Source of the DNA: a virus
Virus record (IMG/VR): IMGVR_UViG_3300037311_000293
Length of the DNA stretch: 64,000 bases
Reading direction: 5' to 3' (one strand)
The position numbers were made by a program, and so were the translations under genes. A model generated the notes under the pieces. That model saw only the letters and a program-made list of their open reading frames with translations. It had not been told where the DNA came from and did not search any database. This document shows positions 20,401 to 28,875 of the stretch, one piece after another. How positions within the stretch are numbered: the first letter of the stretch is position 1; the number at the start of each line of letters is the position of its first letter.

Positions 20401-20960
20401 GCCTGACCGAAGCCGCGACCGAAGGCGCCTTGGCCACCGTGGAACTGGAAGTTGTTCCGCAGCGTAGAGTTCAGCGACGCCTGATCAGTCATACCGCCGG
20501 TAAAAGCGCCGGCGTATACCGACCCGATCTTGCCTGCGGCGTAGAACGGTAGTGCTGCGGCTCCCGCAGCAAGACCACCGACGGCAAGACCGCCGATGCC
20601 ACCACCAGCGGCAGCGAAGCCCATGCGGCCGGCACCCAGAGCAGCGCTGAAGGGATCTAGCGGTATCCCGGACATCGCGCCCATCAGCCCGAGGCCGGCG
20701 GCGCCCATGCCCATCGCAGTGGTGCCCGCATTCGCCATCCGCATCGCGAGCTGTTCGCCGTAGACGCCCCCGCTTCCTCGAGCCGCGGCGCCCATCATGG
20801 TCATCTGCGGCATCATCATCGCAGGCGGCGGCATCATGCCGGGGTACATTGCCTGCTGCATCGGGTAGCCGAGCTGCTGGGCGTATCCCATTTGCCCCGA
20901 GAACATGCCGAGCTGCTGCCCGATGGCCCCGGAGATCATGTGCGAGGTGTAGATCGTCAT
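17412..20960 (-). CDS. Tail tape measure protein
   Basis: 1182 aa, Gly/Ala/Met/Gln-rich helical composition with hydrophobic Gly-Ala stretches. Confidence 0.75.
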   Translation of the reverse strand: MTIYTSHMISGAIGQQLGMFSGQMGYAQQLGYPMQQAMYPGMMPPPAMMMPQMTMMGAAARGSGGVYGEQLAMRMANAGTTAMGMGAAGLGLMGAMSGIPLDPFSAALGAGRMGFAAAGGGIGGLAVGGLAAGAAALPFYAAGKIGSVYAGAFTGGMTDQASLNSTLRNNFQFHGGQGAFGRGFGQAQMGQIGQMISSEVRSNPFTSTSEMNQLIAGGAEMGQFSGVRDVQQFTQNFRKMLNTLKEVQRELGGTLTDALQFVRGSQQAGIFRQADQVNFAAEVRSAEAVTGMDRNQLIALSAQGAQISRAYGGVGRQGAMGALRGVQQLGAAVQAGVVNQEALSEATGGLTGDAALQAFTTNMMQRTGAFSRRAMGRFSLFALSNNEGNGLDADMLERFRAGDLTTGEVSRTAHRNVNRMGRARALNREGMLRGALMEEGGMSAQIGMMRLMVGDRVLDQGDDLASLVLQRRFRMNRPESEMMVNLMRNQGSIAQEEAFSRGESRREGIVRREITENRSFDGFMRHLQHGLEEGTGVASVREMGRKFMTRISTLAERAMNDILGTVESQVTQQDRRSLNNLMLGRAGSDDIRRLAEASSGTGAAGLFDQSSLAQRVLGGIGAHSQPTVAQAMEARGVSGFRRMGAARAQDLVQQAMDARRGLVSGADADMLGRLNGNVDVSLRMIQRAQLQAGESGDFYRYMGGGVSANAADAFMAQNGFVNRGIMPSEADMMMAGRGGGRINAGMVARDIGRLATQGIGALFGDGLSTLNAMEDQGTNRRLAFISSGGHLGRALSRSGSTRGTTLAGLGGGVDGARRIAENLSVDESSVAAVMQSEQFSSALRTMQGMSGDREGLNDQIGLLRRQAAMLEDPGQQRAALSMIEQMSENVRRDGSVGREFSPALTREQRQRARELEMQLGQQGAQLRSLGRGLSDVGGGSGVAALFTRAGDLMTSSEGDREDNLQSANDTMAQARSELARMDPMSDEYRQMARAISQREGGTGILAGVAQERQLRRALSGRGRRGRDQAIETAFGMVTGGSIGSMSFNINGREIDGSRRDIHRVLSGALSRGGRGAADVQQQLQAQLEAQGLSEGDAGNLVQSLTMGVSGRGRGIDNADELIRLTETGEAGAKLRAIRERGLEQAQRAQNPLDTQRNDLLTQIRDAIRSGQKPEGQAPGEPA

Positions 20961-21016
20961 GGCGTTGTCGTAGTCTACCGGAACACAGCCCAGCCGCCTA
21001 GGTAGCGAAGGAACCT

Positions 21017-21340
21017 ATGCCCGACCAACCCATCAAGAAGCCCATCCTGATTCCTCGACTCGGAAACCTTCAAGCCGTCATCGAGCAACGCGGTACAGGC
21101 GTCTCTGCGCGGCCCGTCGCGCGCTTCGCCAAGCTCGTACCTCCGAACGCCGAATCCGACGCCCATCAGGTCTACGAGCTCGAGGAAGTCGCGCTGTTGA
21201 AAGAGCTGTGCGAGCGGATCCTCAGCGACGCGTACCGGATGCAGACGCTCGTGGTGCCGGATGCTTCGATCGAGGTACCCGACCCCCACACTGCAATCGA
21301 CAGATCAGCCAAAACCAAGCCGCGCAAGAGCAAAAAATGA
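21017..21340 (+). CDS. Hypothetical protein
   Basis: 107 aa, SD GAAGGA, coupled to the kinase gene. Confidence 0.65.
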   Translation: MPDQPIKKPILIPRLGNLQAVIEQRGTGVSARPVARFAKLVPPNAESDAHQVYELEEVALLKELCERILSDAYRMQTLVVPDASIEVPDPHTAIDRSAKTKPRKSKK

Positions 21341-21981
21341 TCATCGTACTGGGTGGAGTTCGAGGCTCCGGCAAAGACACCGTAGGTGCTCTGCTGGTCA
21401 ACTACTACGGGTTCAAGAAGGAGGCATTCGCGAATCCTCTGAAGGAGATGGTACGTCACGCCTTTCCGGCGTTCACCGACGAAGATCTCTACGGTCCCAG
21501 CAAGAACCGCGAGAACAGATACAAGCAGTATCCCTTCAGCGGGATCTGCGTGGCTTGTGGCTCTACGTGTAAGGACTACCTCGATCACTGGAAGTGCATG
21601 AGCTGTGGGGCGTCGTATCCTGATCACGTCAACCCGCGCATCGCCCTACAGACACTGGGTACCGAGTGGGGCCGGCGACTCACCCCAGATGTCTGGGTCA
21701 ACGCTGCGTTCCACCGCATCGCGCAGGACCCCGGATCCAACTACGTCATCACGGATTGCCGATTCCACAACGAGGTTGCCGTGTCGCACGATCACGATGC
21801 CTTCGTGGTCAAGCTGACCCGAGGACTCAAGAGCTCGAGCGACACGCATCCATCAGAAGCTGAGTTCGGCACGATTCCCGAGCACCTGTTCGACTACGTT
21901 CTCGACAACGCCGAGCTCGACCTCGCTGCGCTGCCGGATGCTGTCGAGCACATGATGCACGCAGCAAAGTGCTCGGTATAA
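21337..21981 (+). CDS. Deoxynucleoside monophosphate kinase with zinc-ribbon insert
   Basis: P-loop GGVRGSGKDT, FANPLKEM, R..LQTLGTEWGR and VITDCRFHNE motifs. Confidence 0.9.
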   Translation: MIIVLGGVRGSGKDTVGALLVNYYGFKKEAFANPLKEMVRHAFPAFTDEDLYGPSKNRENRYKQYPFSGICVACGSTCKDYLDHWKCMSCGASYPDHVNPRIALQTLGTEWGRRLTPDVWVNAAFHRIAQDPGSNYVITDCRFHNEVAVSHDHDAFVVKLTRGLKSSSDTHPSEAEFGTIPEHLFDYVLDNAELDLAALPDAVEHMMHAAKCSV

Positions 21982-22002
21982 CGGCTATCAGAACAAGAAA
22001 GG

Positions 22003-22036
22003 GGCGCCTGGGTCTACGGATCCGGGCGTTTTCTTT
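22003..22036 (+). terminator. Intrinsic terminator
   Basis: GGCGCCTGGGTC-TACG-GATCCGGGCGTT followed by TTCTTT. Confidence 0.6.
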
Positions 22037-22044
22037 GGGTCAAC

Positions 22045-22401
22045 ATGAAGATCTATTTTCGGCTTAGAGACCAAAGGGCAGCAGACAGGTACAACGATGC
22101 ATACAGATCCCTTCGGCGTCGCATAACCACCGTGGCACTGGCCGCGGCCAGCGCGAGCATCATCCTGGTGTCGGGAGTCATAGCCGAGAGGGTGTGGGCG
22201 ATCTGGATCGGTAGTATCCAGTTGTTCGTAGTGCATCTGATCTGCTGGTACGGATCCCACAAGATCGTAGAACCTCTACACCTCGTCTACTTCGACGAGG
22301 TGTTCATGCGAAAGCAGACAGAAGAAGCACTGCTCATCGCACTCGCAGATAACAAGGCGCTGCGCGAAGCTATCGACGAGGAGATCAGAAATGAAGTCTG
22401 A
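22045..22401 (+). CDS. Hypothetical membrane protein
   Basis: 118 aa with two hydrophobic segments. Confidence 0.6.
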   Translation: MKIYFRLRDQRAADRYNDAYRSLRRRITTVALAAASASIILVSGVIAERVWAIWIGSIQLFVVHLICWYGSHKIVEPLHLVYFDEVFMRKQTEEALLIALADNKALREAIDEEIRNEV

Positions 22402-22933
22402 GTATCGCATCGTCATCGACCGTGATGATGATCCACAGAACCCGCGTACGGAGTACGAACACATCACTCACATGGTGTGCTTTCACCGCAAGTACGATCT
22501 CGGAGACAAGCAAACCGAGTTCCGTAAGGACGACTTCGCCGGCTGGGACGCGCTCAAGAAGGCAATCCACAAGGCCCACGACGTCTATGTGATCAGCCCT
22601 GTGTATCTCCTGGATCACGGCAACCTGGTACTTTCTCTGACGGATTTCAATGATCCCTGGGACTCTGGACAGGTTGGATTCATCTGGATCAACAAAGACT
22701 TTCTGCTGGTCGAAGGAAAGAAAAGAATCTCGACCAAGCGGTGGAAAAGGGCGGCTCAGGACGCCATGAGCGTCGACCTCCAGGAGTACAACGCCTACCT
22801 CAGAGGCGACGTCTGGTGCTTCGAGATCTTCAACCAAAAGGGCGTCTCACTCTCGAGTTGCGGAGGATTCTACGGCTACCAAACGGCCGTAGAAGAAGCG
22901 GCTTCAGCGTTCTCCTCGGTCGCGGAGTACTGA
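22391..22933 (+). CDS. Hypothetical phage protein
   Basis: 180 aa, WDSGQVGFIW and SCGGFYG motifs, overlapping both neighbours. Confidence 0.75.
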   Translation: MKSEYRIVIDRDDDPQNPRTEYEHITHMVCFHRKYDLGDKQTEFRKDDFAGWDALKKAIHKAHDVYVISPVYLLDHGNLVLSLTDFNDPWDSGQVGFIWINKDFLLVEGKKRISTKRWKRAAQDAMSVDLQEYNAYLRGDVWCFEIFNQKGVSLSSCGGFYGYQTAVEEAASAFSSVAEY

Positions 22934-23406
22934 TGATCATCACTGGACGACGGTGGTACGGCCGTTACGGCGAACAACACGCCCGTGGTCGCTTCCTCAT
23001 GGTCTTCAACAACTACACCACCGGAACACCTTGAGAGCTCCGAGCCGCCGTACGCCACGTCCATCTCCGGCAGTCCGGGCACTTCATGACGGGCTTCTGC
23101 GTCCTGACGCTTCGCCGCGGACAAGACTGGATCGAAAACGGGTACACACCCAGAGCCTCGCAGCGCGTATTCGTTTCCGGCACCTACGGCCACGACGGTC
23201 TTCCGATCGACGTCGACGCGTCCTACGTCCCAGGCTTCTGGGAAGCGCTAGTACCACTGCCGCCTGAGCTGGTCGAGAAGTTCTGGTCCGGCGGTGGTCA
23301 CAACTCCGCGGGCACCGAAGCCATGGACATGTTCACGTGGGCCCAGGGGCCCGAGCTCAAGAAACCACTGATCACACGAGAACCCAGCCCAAGAAAGCAA
23401 TCATGA
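22933..23406 (+). pseudogene. Hypothetical gene interrupted by in-frame TGA at 23032-23034
   Basis: TGATG-coupled start; reading continues in the same frame after the stop (GTP*ELRAAVRHVHLRQ). Confidence 0.65.
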
Positions 23407-23663
23407 GCCGCATCAATCTGGTTCCGGCGTACGGCCGAGACTACAAGTCGAAGAAGGAGATCATCGCCGATCTCATCGCCGACAAGGACTTCACCATCGC
23501 CGACATGTCCAATCCCTTCGACGGCAGGTACATCAACCTCAGCCAGATCAGGGAGACGCCGTACAAGAACTTCCAAGTCCGCTACGGCAAGTTGCGGAAA
23601 ATCACCACCATCACCCTCGCCGAGATCGACAAAGCCGCTGAAGCCAAGAAGGAAAGCGCATGA
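23403..23663 (+). CDS. Hypothetical phage protein
   Basis: 86 aa with LVPAYGRDYKSK motif; ATGA overlaps. Confidence 0.75.
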   Translation: MSRINLVPAYGRDYKSKKEIIADLIADKDFTIADMSNPFDGRYINLSQIRETPYKNFQVRYGKLRKITTITLAEIDKAAEAKKESA

Positions 23664-24040
23664 CCGCCGCAGAACTCGAAGACCTCGCCCGTCGCATCGC
23701 TGGGCTCTACAACAACAGCCTCGTCGCCCCGGCCGCGCTGATGTTCGGCAACGCCGGCCCTCCCAAGCTGGGGATCGACTCGGCGGCTCACTACGCTTAC
23801 GAGGCGTTGAGCAACGGTACCCTGCATCTCGACTACCTCCGCGGACACCTAATGAAGGTGTCGATCATCCGGGGAAAGTTCGATTCCTTCATGCTGTACG
23901 ACCGTGATAACGGCAAGGGCGCTGCGCAGCGTGCGATGGAGGACGGGCTCACCGATCCTGCCTACAACGCCGACTGGGAAGCCCTACTCGCCGAGCTCGA
24001 CAAAGAGAAGGCAGCGAAGATGGCGGAGGCCGCAAGATGA
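23660..24040 (+). CDS. Hypothetical protein
   Basis: 126 aa, coupled to neighbours. Confidence 0.7.
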   Translation: MTAAELEDLARRIAGLYNNSLVAPAALMFGNAGPPKLGIDSAAHYAYEALSNGTLHLDYLRGHLMKVSIIRGKFDSFMLYDRDNGKGAAQRAMEDGLTDPAYNADWEALLAELDKEKAAKMAEAAR

Positions 24041-24540
24041 TGGCGGCAAAGGGGCTCGCCAAGCTCATCGAAGAGTGCGGCGAGCTCATCCAGGCCGCGG
24101 GCAAACGCCTGGCCTACTACACGACAGAGACGCACCCCGATGGTGGCCCGCCGCTGACTAAGCGGCTCAAGGAAGAGATCGGCGATGTAATCGCCGCCTG
24201 TAACCTCGTGATCAAGCTCAACAACCTCGATGAGCGCGCGGTCCACAGCCGGGCGCTACAAAAGCTCGATCTGTTCCTCAAATGGCACTTCGAGGAAGAG
24301 GCCAGCTACAGCATCGACGCCATACAGAAACGCGCGCTCGAGCTCAAAACCTTCGTCGACAAGGTCGAGCTCATGGCCCGGGATCTCGGGAAAATCGTGG
24401 ACTCCCCGAAGCCGGCGCAAGAGACCTGCTACGCAGCGTCGGACGGCGAATGCAACTGGAAGCCGTGCCCTCAGCTCCGCGACAACGAACCGGCCACCAG
24501 CGGTAGGCATTGCCCACTGGATGTCGACCGCGACGACTGA
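24037..24540 (+). CDS. MazG-like NTP pyrophosphohydrolase
   Basis: LIEECGELIQA...LKEEIGDV acidic motifs. Confidence 0.75.
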   Translation: MMAAKGLAKLIEECGELIQAAGKRLAYYTTETHPDGGPPLTKRLKEEIGDVIAACNLVIKLNNLDERAVHSRALQKLDLFLKWHFEEEASYSIDAIQKRALELKTFVDKVELMARDLGKIVDSPKPAQETCYAASDGECNWKPCPQLRDNEPATSGRHCPLDVDRDD

Positions 24541-24551
24541 ACAGGAGAAGC

Positions 24552-24869
24552 ATGAAGCGCCTAGTCATCGATGACGGACAGATCATCAAGCTGACGCTCG
24601 TCGACGTGCCCAGTATTTACCGGGTGCGCGCCGAAAAGGTCCCCTTGGATGCCGATCAGTGCTCTGCGGGAATCCACAACGAGTGCAACCTTCACGAGCA
24701 TCCCGAGATCTTGGAGTGCGTCGTACACGAGACCTTCCGCTGCAACAGGTGTGAGAAGATCCACTCCTGGGATTTCGGAATGGCCGATGATGCCCCGGGT
24801 CTCTGCGACGACTGCTGGGCCGTCTACTTCGGCAACAACGACGCAGCACCAGCTCAGGAGGCGCCGTGA
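24552..24869 (+). CDS. Cys-rich hypothetical protein
   Basis: SD AGGAG; CNRC...CDDC. Confidence 0.65.
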   Translation: MKRLVIDDGQIIKLTLVDVPSIYRVRAEKVPLDADQCSAGIHNECNLHEHPEILECVVHETFRCNRCEKIHSWDFGMADDAPGLCDDCWAVYFGNNDAAPAQEAP

Positions 24870-25054
24870 CCGTCTACCGTGTCGCTGTCCTCAAGACCTC
24901 TTGGGCGCTGGTCGCGGCCGAAAGCGCAAAGGAGGCACTCGAGATAGTGGAGAACGCCATCACGGACTCCGTCCAGGGTCCGAATGGCTTCGTCACCGAG
25001 ATCGAAGAGAACGCCACGAGCTGGGTCACTGACTTCGCGGACAAAGAGCCATGA
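24866..25054 (+). CDS. Hypothetical protein
   Basis: 62 aa, GTGA overlap. Confidence 0.6.
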   Translation: MTVYRVAVLKTSWALVAAESAKEALEIVENAITDSVQGPNGFVTEIEENATSWVTDFADKEP

Positions 25055-25425
25055 CGCGCGAAGAGCAGTTCGAAGCTCTCAAGATCTGGCTGAGTCAGTT
25101 CGAGAAGGTACAAGAGGCAGCGAACACACTGATCTCGATCCTGGAGACGGCAGGTGACGCGCTACCCCTCATACCTGTGGTATCGACGGACAACGATCCA
25201 GAGACAGAGATCAGCCTCGCCGGGGCCGAGCTCTCAGCGATGTGGAACGTCCCGCACGTCTACCTGCACCTCAACCTCAAGGGCGCAGAGTTCTACGAGT
25301 GGTTCGGGATCGACACCCGCGAGACCGTGGCGCCACACGAATCCTACGGCAAAGCAGATGTGAATACGATCGTCGCAGAGCTCAAGCCCTGGTTCGCTCG
25401 CATCTCCGAGGTGATCAAGAAGTAA
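25051..25425 (+). CDS. Hypothetical protein
   Basis: 124 aa, ends at the terminator. Confidence 0.7.
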   Translation: MTREEQFEALKIWLSQFEKVQEAANTLISILETAGDALPLIPVVSTDNDPETEISLAGAELSAMWNVPHVYLHLNLKGAEFYEWFGIDTRETVAPHESYGKADVNTIVAELKPWFARISEVIKK

Positions 25426-25453
25426 GAGAAACGGCTTCGGCCGTTTCTTTTGC
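25424..25453. terminator. Bidirectional intrinsic terminator
   Basis: AGAAACGGC-TTCG-GCCGTTTCT-TTTGC. Confidence 0.85.
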
Positions 25454-25735
25454 TTACTCTTCGATGTCGATCTCGGAACCCCGAAGCGCCGACTGATGCT
25501 TCGGCTGCTTAGCGGCGTGCGTGATGTAGCGCTCGACGATGGTCGTGCAGACGCCGCAGAGGAAGTCGAACTCCGCAACAACCTTGCCGCCCATGCTGAC
25601 GGCGAGGGCTGGAGGCGCCTTCTGTTTCTTTGCCTCCGGAGACGCCATGCGCACAGCATCCTCTGCTGTGATTTCCGTCTGTTCGACTCGAGGGCAACGC
25701 GAGCACTTCCGGTTGACCGTGATGCTGTAGCTCAT
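25454..25735 (-). CDS. Zinc-binding hypothetical protein
   Basis: 93 aa with CSRC...CGVC. Confidence 0.7.
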   Translation of the reverse strand: MSYSITVNRKCSRCPRVEQTEITAEDAVRMASPEAKKQKAPPALAVSMGGKVVAEFDFLCGVCTTIVERYITHAAKQPKHQSALRGSEIDIEE

Positions 25736-25947
25736 GTCTTGTCCTTCTGGGCGGCGTACATGATGTATGCCTTGACGATGCCGCGTTCGGCCGCGATGAG
25801 CGGACCGGCGTACTCGGCACCGCGGTCACGCTGGCGCTGCATGAACCACTTCTCGAAGCCCGAGATCTCGCCGTCCAGAAGCTCATCCAGCTTTTGAGGA
25901 TCCGTCGTTTCCAGGGGTCGGATCTTGATGTCCACGTGCAGTTCCAC
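25732..25947 (-). CDS. Hypothetical protein
   Basis: GTG start, 71 aa, coupled. Confidence 0.6.
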   Translation of the reverse strand: MELHVDIKIRPLETTDPQKLDELLDGEISGFEKWFMQRQRDRGAEYAGPLIAAERGIVKAYIMYAAQKDKT

Positions 25948-26278
25948 TGGGAGCCTCCTTCTTTCGCTTCTTCTCGGGCTCGGGCTTCTCCTTGGCCTCT
26001 GCCTTCTTTGGTACCGGAATCTCGACCGAGAGATTCTCCCACTCGTCGAGCTGAGCACGAAGATCGTCGATGTAGTCGACGTAGTCCGTGATGCTCATCT
26101 CGATGTGATCCGCAGGTACCACGGCAAAATCCGCGCGAGTGACCCGCATCTCGGCCTCTACGCTGTCCGTCGGCAGGTAGTTGGTCTTGAGATACAGGAC
26201 CACGGCCTCCGTAACCGCGATCTTGGAGCGAAGTTTGGAAATCTTCTCGCTGATCTGAGCTACGGTGGCCATGGTCAT
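25883..26278 (-). CDS. Hypothetical coiled-coil protein
   Basis: ATGA-coupled start MTMATVAQ. Confidence 0.7.
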   Translation of the reverse strand: MTMATVAQISEKISKLRSKIAVTEAVVLYLKTNYLPTDSVEAEMRVTRADFAVVPADHIEMSITDYVDYIDDLRAQLDEWENLSVEIPVPKKAEAKEKPEPEKKRKKEAPSGTARGHQDPTPGNDGSSKAG

Positions 26279-26967
26279 GCACTCAAAAATGCCCGAATAT
26301 GCCCCGCCAGCGAAGCGCCTGCTGCGGTGTCTCGGAGGATGTTTCGAAGAGGGTAGATCGTCCACTCCCGTTCTACACGAACTTTCAGCAGCTTCTCGCC
26401 ACCGAACCGCGTAGTGCTCTGCTCATCCTCCGTGGCGCGTCTGAGGTCGCCCTTGAGCATCCCGATGCGGATGTCGGCGTTGCTTCCGAGTTGCAGCCAG
26501 GTCTTGGTGATGAGCTTCGTCCAGTTCTGGACTGTCAGCTTGGCGAGAATCTGCCCCGTGAGCTCTTTGGGATCCACGGCGTTCCGGCACACCGGGCAGA
26601 CCGCCGCGCGTTTGTGGATCCACTTGAGGTCGAGCGGGCTCCCACACATCCGGGTCTCGCCCTTCTTCTCGACGGCCGCCGAACAGAAGTAGACCACCTC
26701 GTCGCCACCACCGTGGGCATAGCCGCCGTTGGTCCACATTGAAATCACGCCGGAGAAGGGACGATGTACCGAGCGGTCCTCGGTGAACGCGACCTCGAGC
26801 TTGTACTGCGCCTTTTCGTTCTCTGCGAGCTCACCGCTGAGAATCGAGTCCAGGCGCTTCTGAATCTCGAGGTCCAGGACGACGTTCTCGGCCCCAATGG
26901 CGTGATCCACGATTCCTTCCGGAACCGCCGATGTGCCGTCTGCCTTCACGAACCCGCGCATGATCAC
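26275..26967 (-). CDS. Hypothetical zinc-ribbon protein
   Basis: 230 aa with CG...CPVC. Confidence 0.7.
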   Translation of the reverse strand: MIMRGFVKADGTSAVPEGIVDHAIGAENVVLDLEIQKRLDSILSGELAENEKAQYKLEVAFTEDRSVHRPFSGVISMWTNGGYAHGGGDEVVYFCSAAVEKKGETRMCGSPLDLKWIHKRAAVCPVCRNAVDPKELTGQILAKLTVQNWTKLITKTWLQLGSNADIRIGMLKGDLRRATEDEQSTTRFGGEKLLKVRVEREWTIYPLRNILRDTAAGASLAGHIRAFLSA

Positions 26968-27389
26968 CTACCCGTAGCTTGAGAAATGAGACTCGCGGCG
27001 GTGCTGAGCTCATGTGCCCCGGCCAGCTTGCCCTTCGCGACGTCGATCACGTAGTTCTTGCGTCCCACGAGAGGCATCGACGTGATCTCCACTGAGGCAG
27101 CGAGAGCCCGGATGCATGCGTTACCGAGAGCCTCGGCGGCTTGCGAGATCTTGCCGGACAAGATGACGCGCCACAGGAAACGGATGCTCCCTGTGCCTTC
27201 ATCGTAGTAGTAGGTCTTCGAGACGTCCGCCGACCAGCTCGTCTGTTTGGTCGACAAGAACTCCATCAGAACCGAAGACCACGCTGCTTTTTGCGAAACG
27301 CGCAGCAGCAGAATCATGGATCCATCGGGGCGCTTGTCGTACTTGACGACGGAGACCCCTGCTTTGCCAAGTGCATGATCGAGGCGCAT
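26964..27389 (-). CDS. Hypothetical protein
   Basis: 141 aa, coupled. Confidence 0.7.
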   Translation of the reverse strand: MRLDHALGKAGVSVVKYDKRPDGSMILLLRVSQKAAWSSVLMEFLSTKQTSWSADVSKTYYYDEGTGSIRFLWRVILSGKISQAAEALGNACIRALAASVEITSMPLVGRKNYVIDVAKGKLAGAHELSTAASLISQATGR

Positions 27390-27390
27390 G

Positions 27391-27933
27391 TCAGACTCCG
27401 ATGTCGATGATGATACCAGCCGTGGCGTCGCTGACGTACGACGTCGGCCCGCCCACCACGAGCAGCTTCATGGGGTAACGCTCGTCGTGATGAAAGATCA
27501 CGGGGATGCCCATGAAGTGCGTGATTCCGGGATTCTCGTCGAGACCGAAGTACGCCTCGAGCGCCTCAGACGTCGGAGCAAACAACGCCGAGACGATCAG
27601 CCGTTGAGTAGCGATGTGCTGCGTTGCTTGTACGAGGGCGATGTAGGGGTGGGTGTCTGGGCTGAAGGGCACTTCCTCGAGCACGCGCAAACGGGTGAGC
27701 AAGAAATCGAAGTCGATCTCCACAGCGGTGTCGGCTTCCGGAATGACGGCGGCCTCCGCAGGGTCCAGGAGTCGCGTAACCTCGAACGTGGTGGGAGTGA
27801 TACGGATCTCCTGAACGCGAGGAAGCTGGAGTACCCGCTTGACCAGCGCGACGACTTTCTCGCTGCTGGCTGGCAGCGGCTCGGAGTGCGTTTTGCGCAC
27901 CGGACGATCGTCAGCTTCCATGCCCCGCTCCAT
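27391..27933 (-). CDS. Hypothetical protein
   Basis: 180 aa, coupled. Confidence 0.7.
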   Translation of the reverse strand: MERGMEADDRPVRKTHSEPLPASSEKVVALVKRVLQLPRVQEIRITPTTFEVTRLLDPAEAAVIPEADTAVEIDFDFLLTRLRVLEEVPFSPDTHPYIALVQATQHIATQRLIVSALFAPTSEALEAYFGLDENPGITHFMGIPVIFHHDERYPMKLLVVGGPTSYVSDATAGIIIDIGV

Positions 27934-28099
27934 ACCGTCGCTCCTTCTCCTGCACGTGTGCCTTGTAGAGTTCGACGGCGTCGTTGATCACACCGCTCTG
28001 ACCATCAGGATGCGACTCGGCATAGGCCTTCACGAACTCGTGGAGGTCATGCTTGAACCGCACAGTGGTCGGCGGCGTTTTCTTCGCCCGTCTCGGCAC
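27911..28099 (-). CDS. Ribbon-helix-helix (Arc/CopG-like) DNA-binding protein
   Basis: PTTVRFKHDLHEFVKAYAE...QSGVINDAVELY. Confidence 0.75.
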   Translation of the reverse strand: MPRRAKKTPPTTVRFKHDLHEFVKAYAESHPDGQSGVINDAVELYKAHVQEKERRYGAGHGS

Positions 28100-28135
28100 C
28101 TATGCAGAATACGTAGAATACAACGGCAACGTCAA
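28100..28135 (-). promoter_or_regulatory. Sigma70-type promoter, leaderless
   Basis: TTGACG-N18-TATTCT-N6-GTG. Confidence 0.7.
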
Positions 28136-28392
28136 GACGGCTCTTGAACCGCGGAGAGGCCCCAGAGGTAGGACCCGAGGCCCGGAAGGCCGCTGAAGCG
28201 CTCCTGGAGCCGTCTGGCGACGAAGAGATGGAGCCTGTCGAGGTCGGCTTCGCTCGTGGTGATGCCTTGGAGAAGGCAGACGTCACGGAGCTCTTCTTCG
28301 ATGCGCTTCAGCGCTGGGTTGACGGCGAGCCAAAACGGCAGCCAGGTCCAGCGGATCGCAAGGGCGTTGTCTTGGATGTGGACGAGTCGCAT
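28132..28392 (-). CDS. Hypothetical protein
   Basis: 86 aa. Confidence 0.6.
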   Translation of the reverse strand: MRLVHIQDNALAIRWTWLPFWLAVNPALKRIEEELRDVCLLQGITTSEADLDRLHLFVARRLQERFSGLPGLGSYLWGLSAVQEPS

Positions 28393-28393
28393 G

Positions 28394-28747
28394 TCACTTC
28401 ATCTGGTTCGTGGCTCGACAGCCGTCGCATATCGGAAACGGCATCAAGCCCCTAACGGTGCTTTCGTAGCATTCCATGCCGCAGCTAACACAGCGGTAGT
28501 GATGGCTGACCCATTCTTTCTCGGCTGCGTCCTCGATGGATGGTGCCTGCACGCCGCAGCAGAAGGTACAGGCCGTCACCGTGCGCTCGGCGGCATCGAG
28601 TAGATCGCAGGTACATTCCTCAGCGGATGCCTTGGCCATCTCGTTGATGTACAGGACTGATCCCAGAATGTCGACCTCCTCTGCGGTGAGACGCACGCCG
28701 CGTCCGTCACGGATCGCACGAGCCAACACGATCCAGGGGTTGCGCAT
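28394..28747 (-). CDS. Cys-rich zinc-binding hypothetical protein
   Basis: CTC, CTFC, CVSC and CDGC motifs. Confidence 0.65.
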   Translation of the reverse strand: MRNPWIVLARAIRDGRGVRLTAEEVDILGSVLYINEMAKASAEECTCDLLDAAERTVTACTFCCGVQAPSIEDAAEKEWVSHHYRCVSCGMECYESTVRGLMPFPICDGCRATNQMK

Positions 28748-28875
28748 CAGAACACCGCAGGCCTATCGCGCTCACGGCGCTTGGTCTTCACGACGTCACA
28801 GACGAAGAAGGGTACCCACAGCGGCGCAGTCACCGCTGCGCCGAACCAATGCCAGAACCAGATCGGTAGTTTCAT
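28747..28875 (-). CDS. Small membrane peptide (42 aa)
   Basis: MKLPIWFWHWFGAAVTAPLWVPFFV..., overlapping both neighbours. Confidence 0.5.
   Translation of the reverse strand: MKLPIWFWHWFGAAVTAPLWVPFFVCDVVKTKRRERDRPAVF

Noticed and set aside
21331-21340. A6 run at the junction before the dNMP kinase as a second -1 frameshift site
   Set aside because: The in-frame heptamer is C-AAA-AAA, an imperfect slippery site, and an ordinary ATGA overlap explains the junction.
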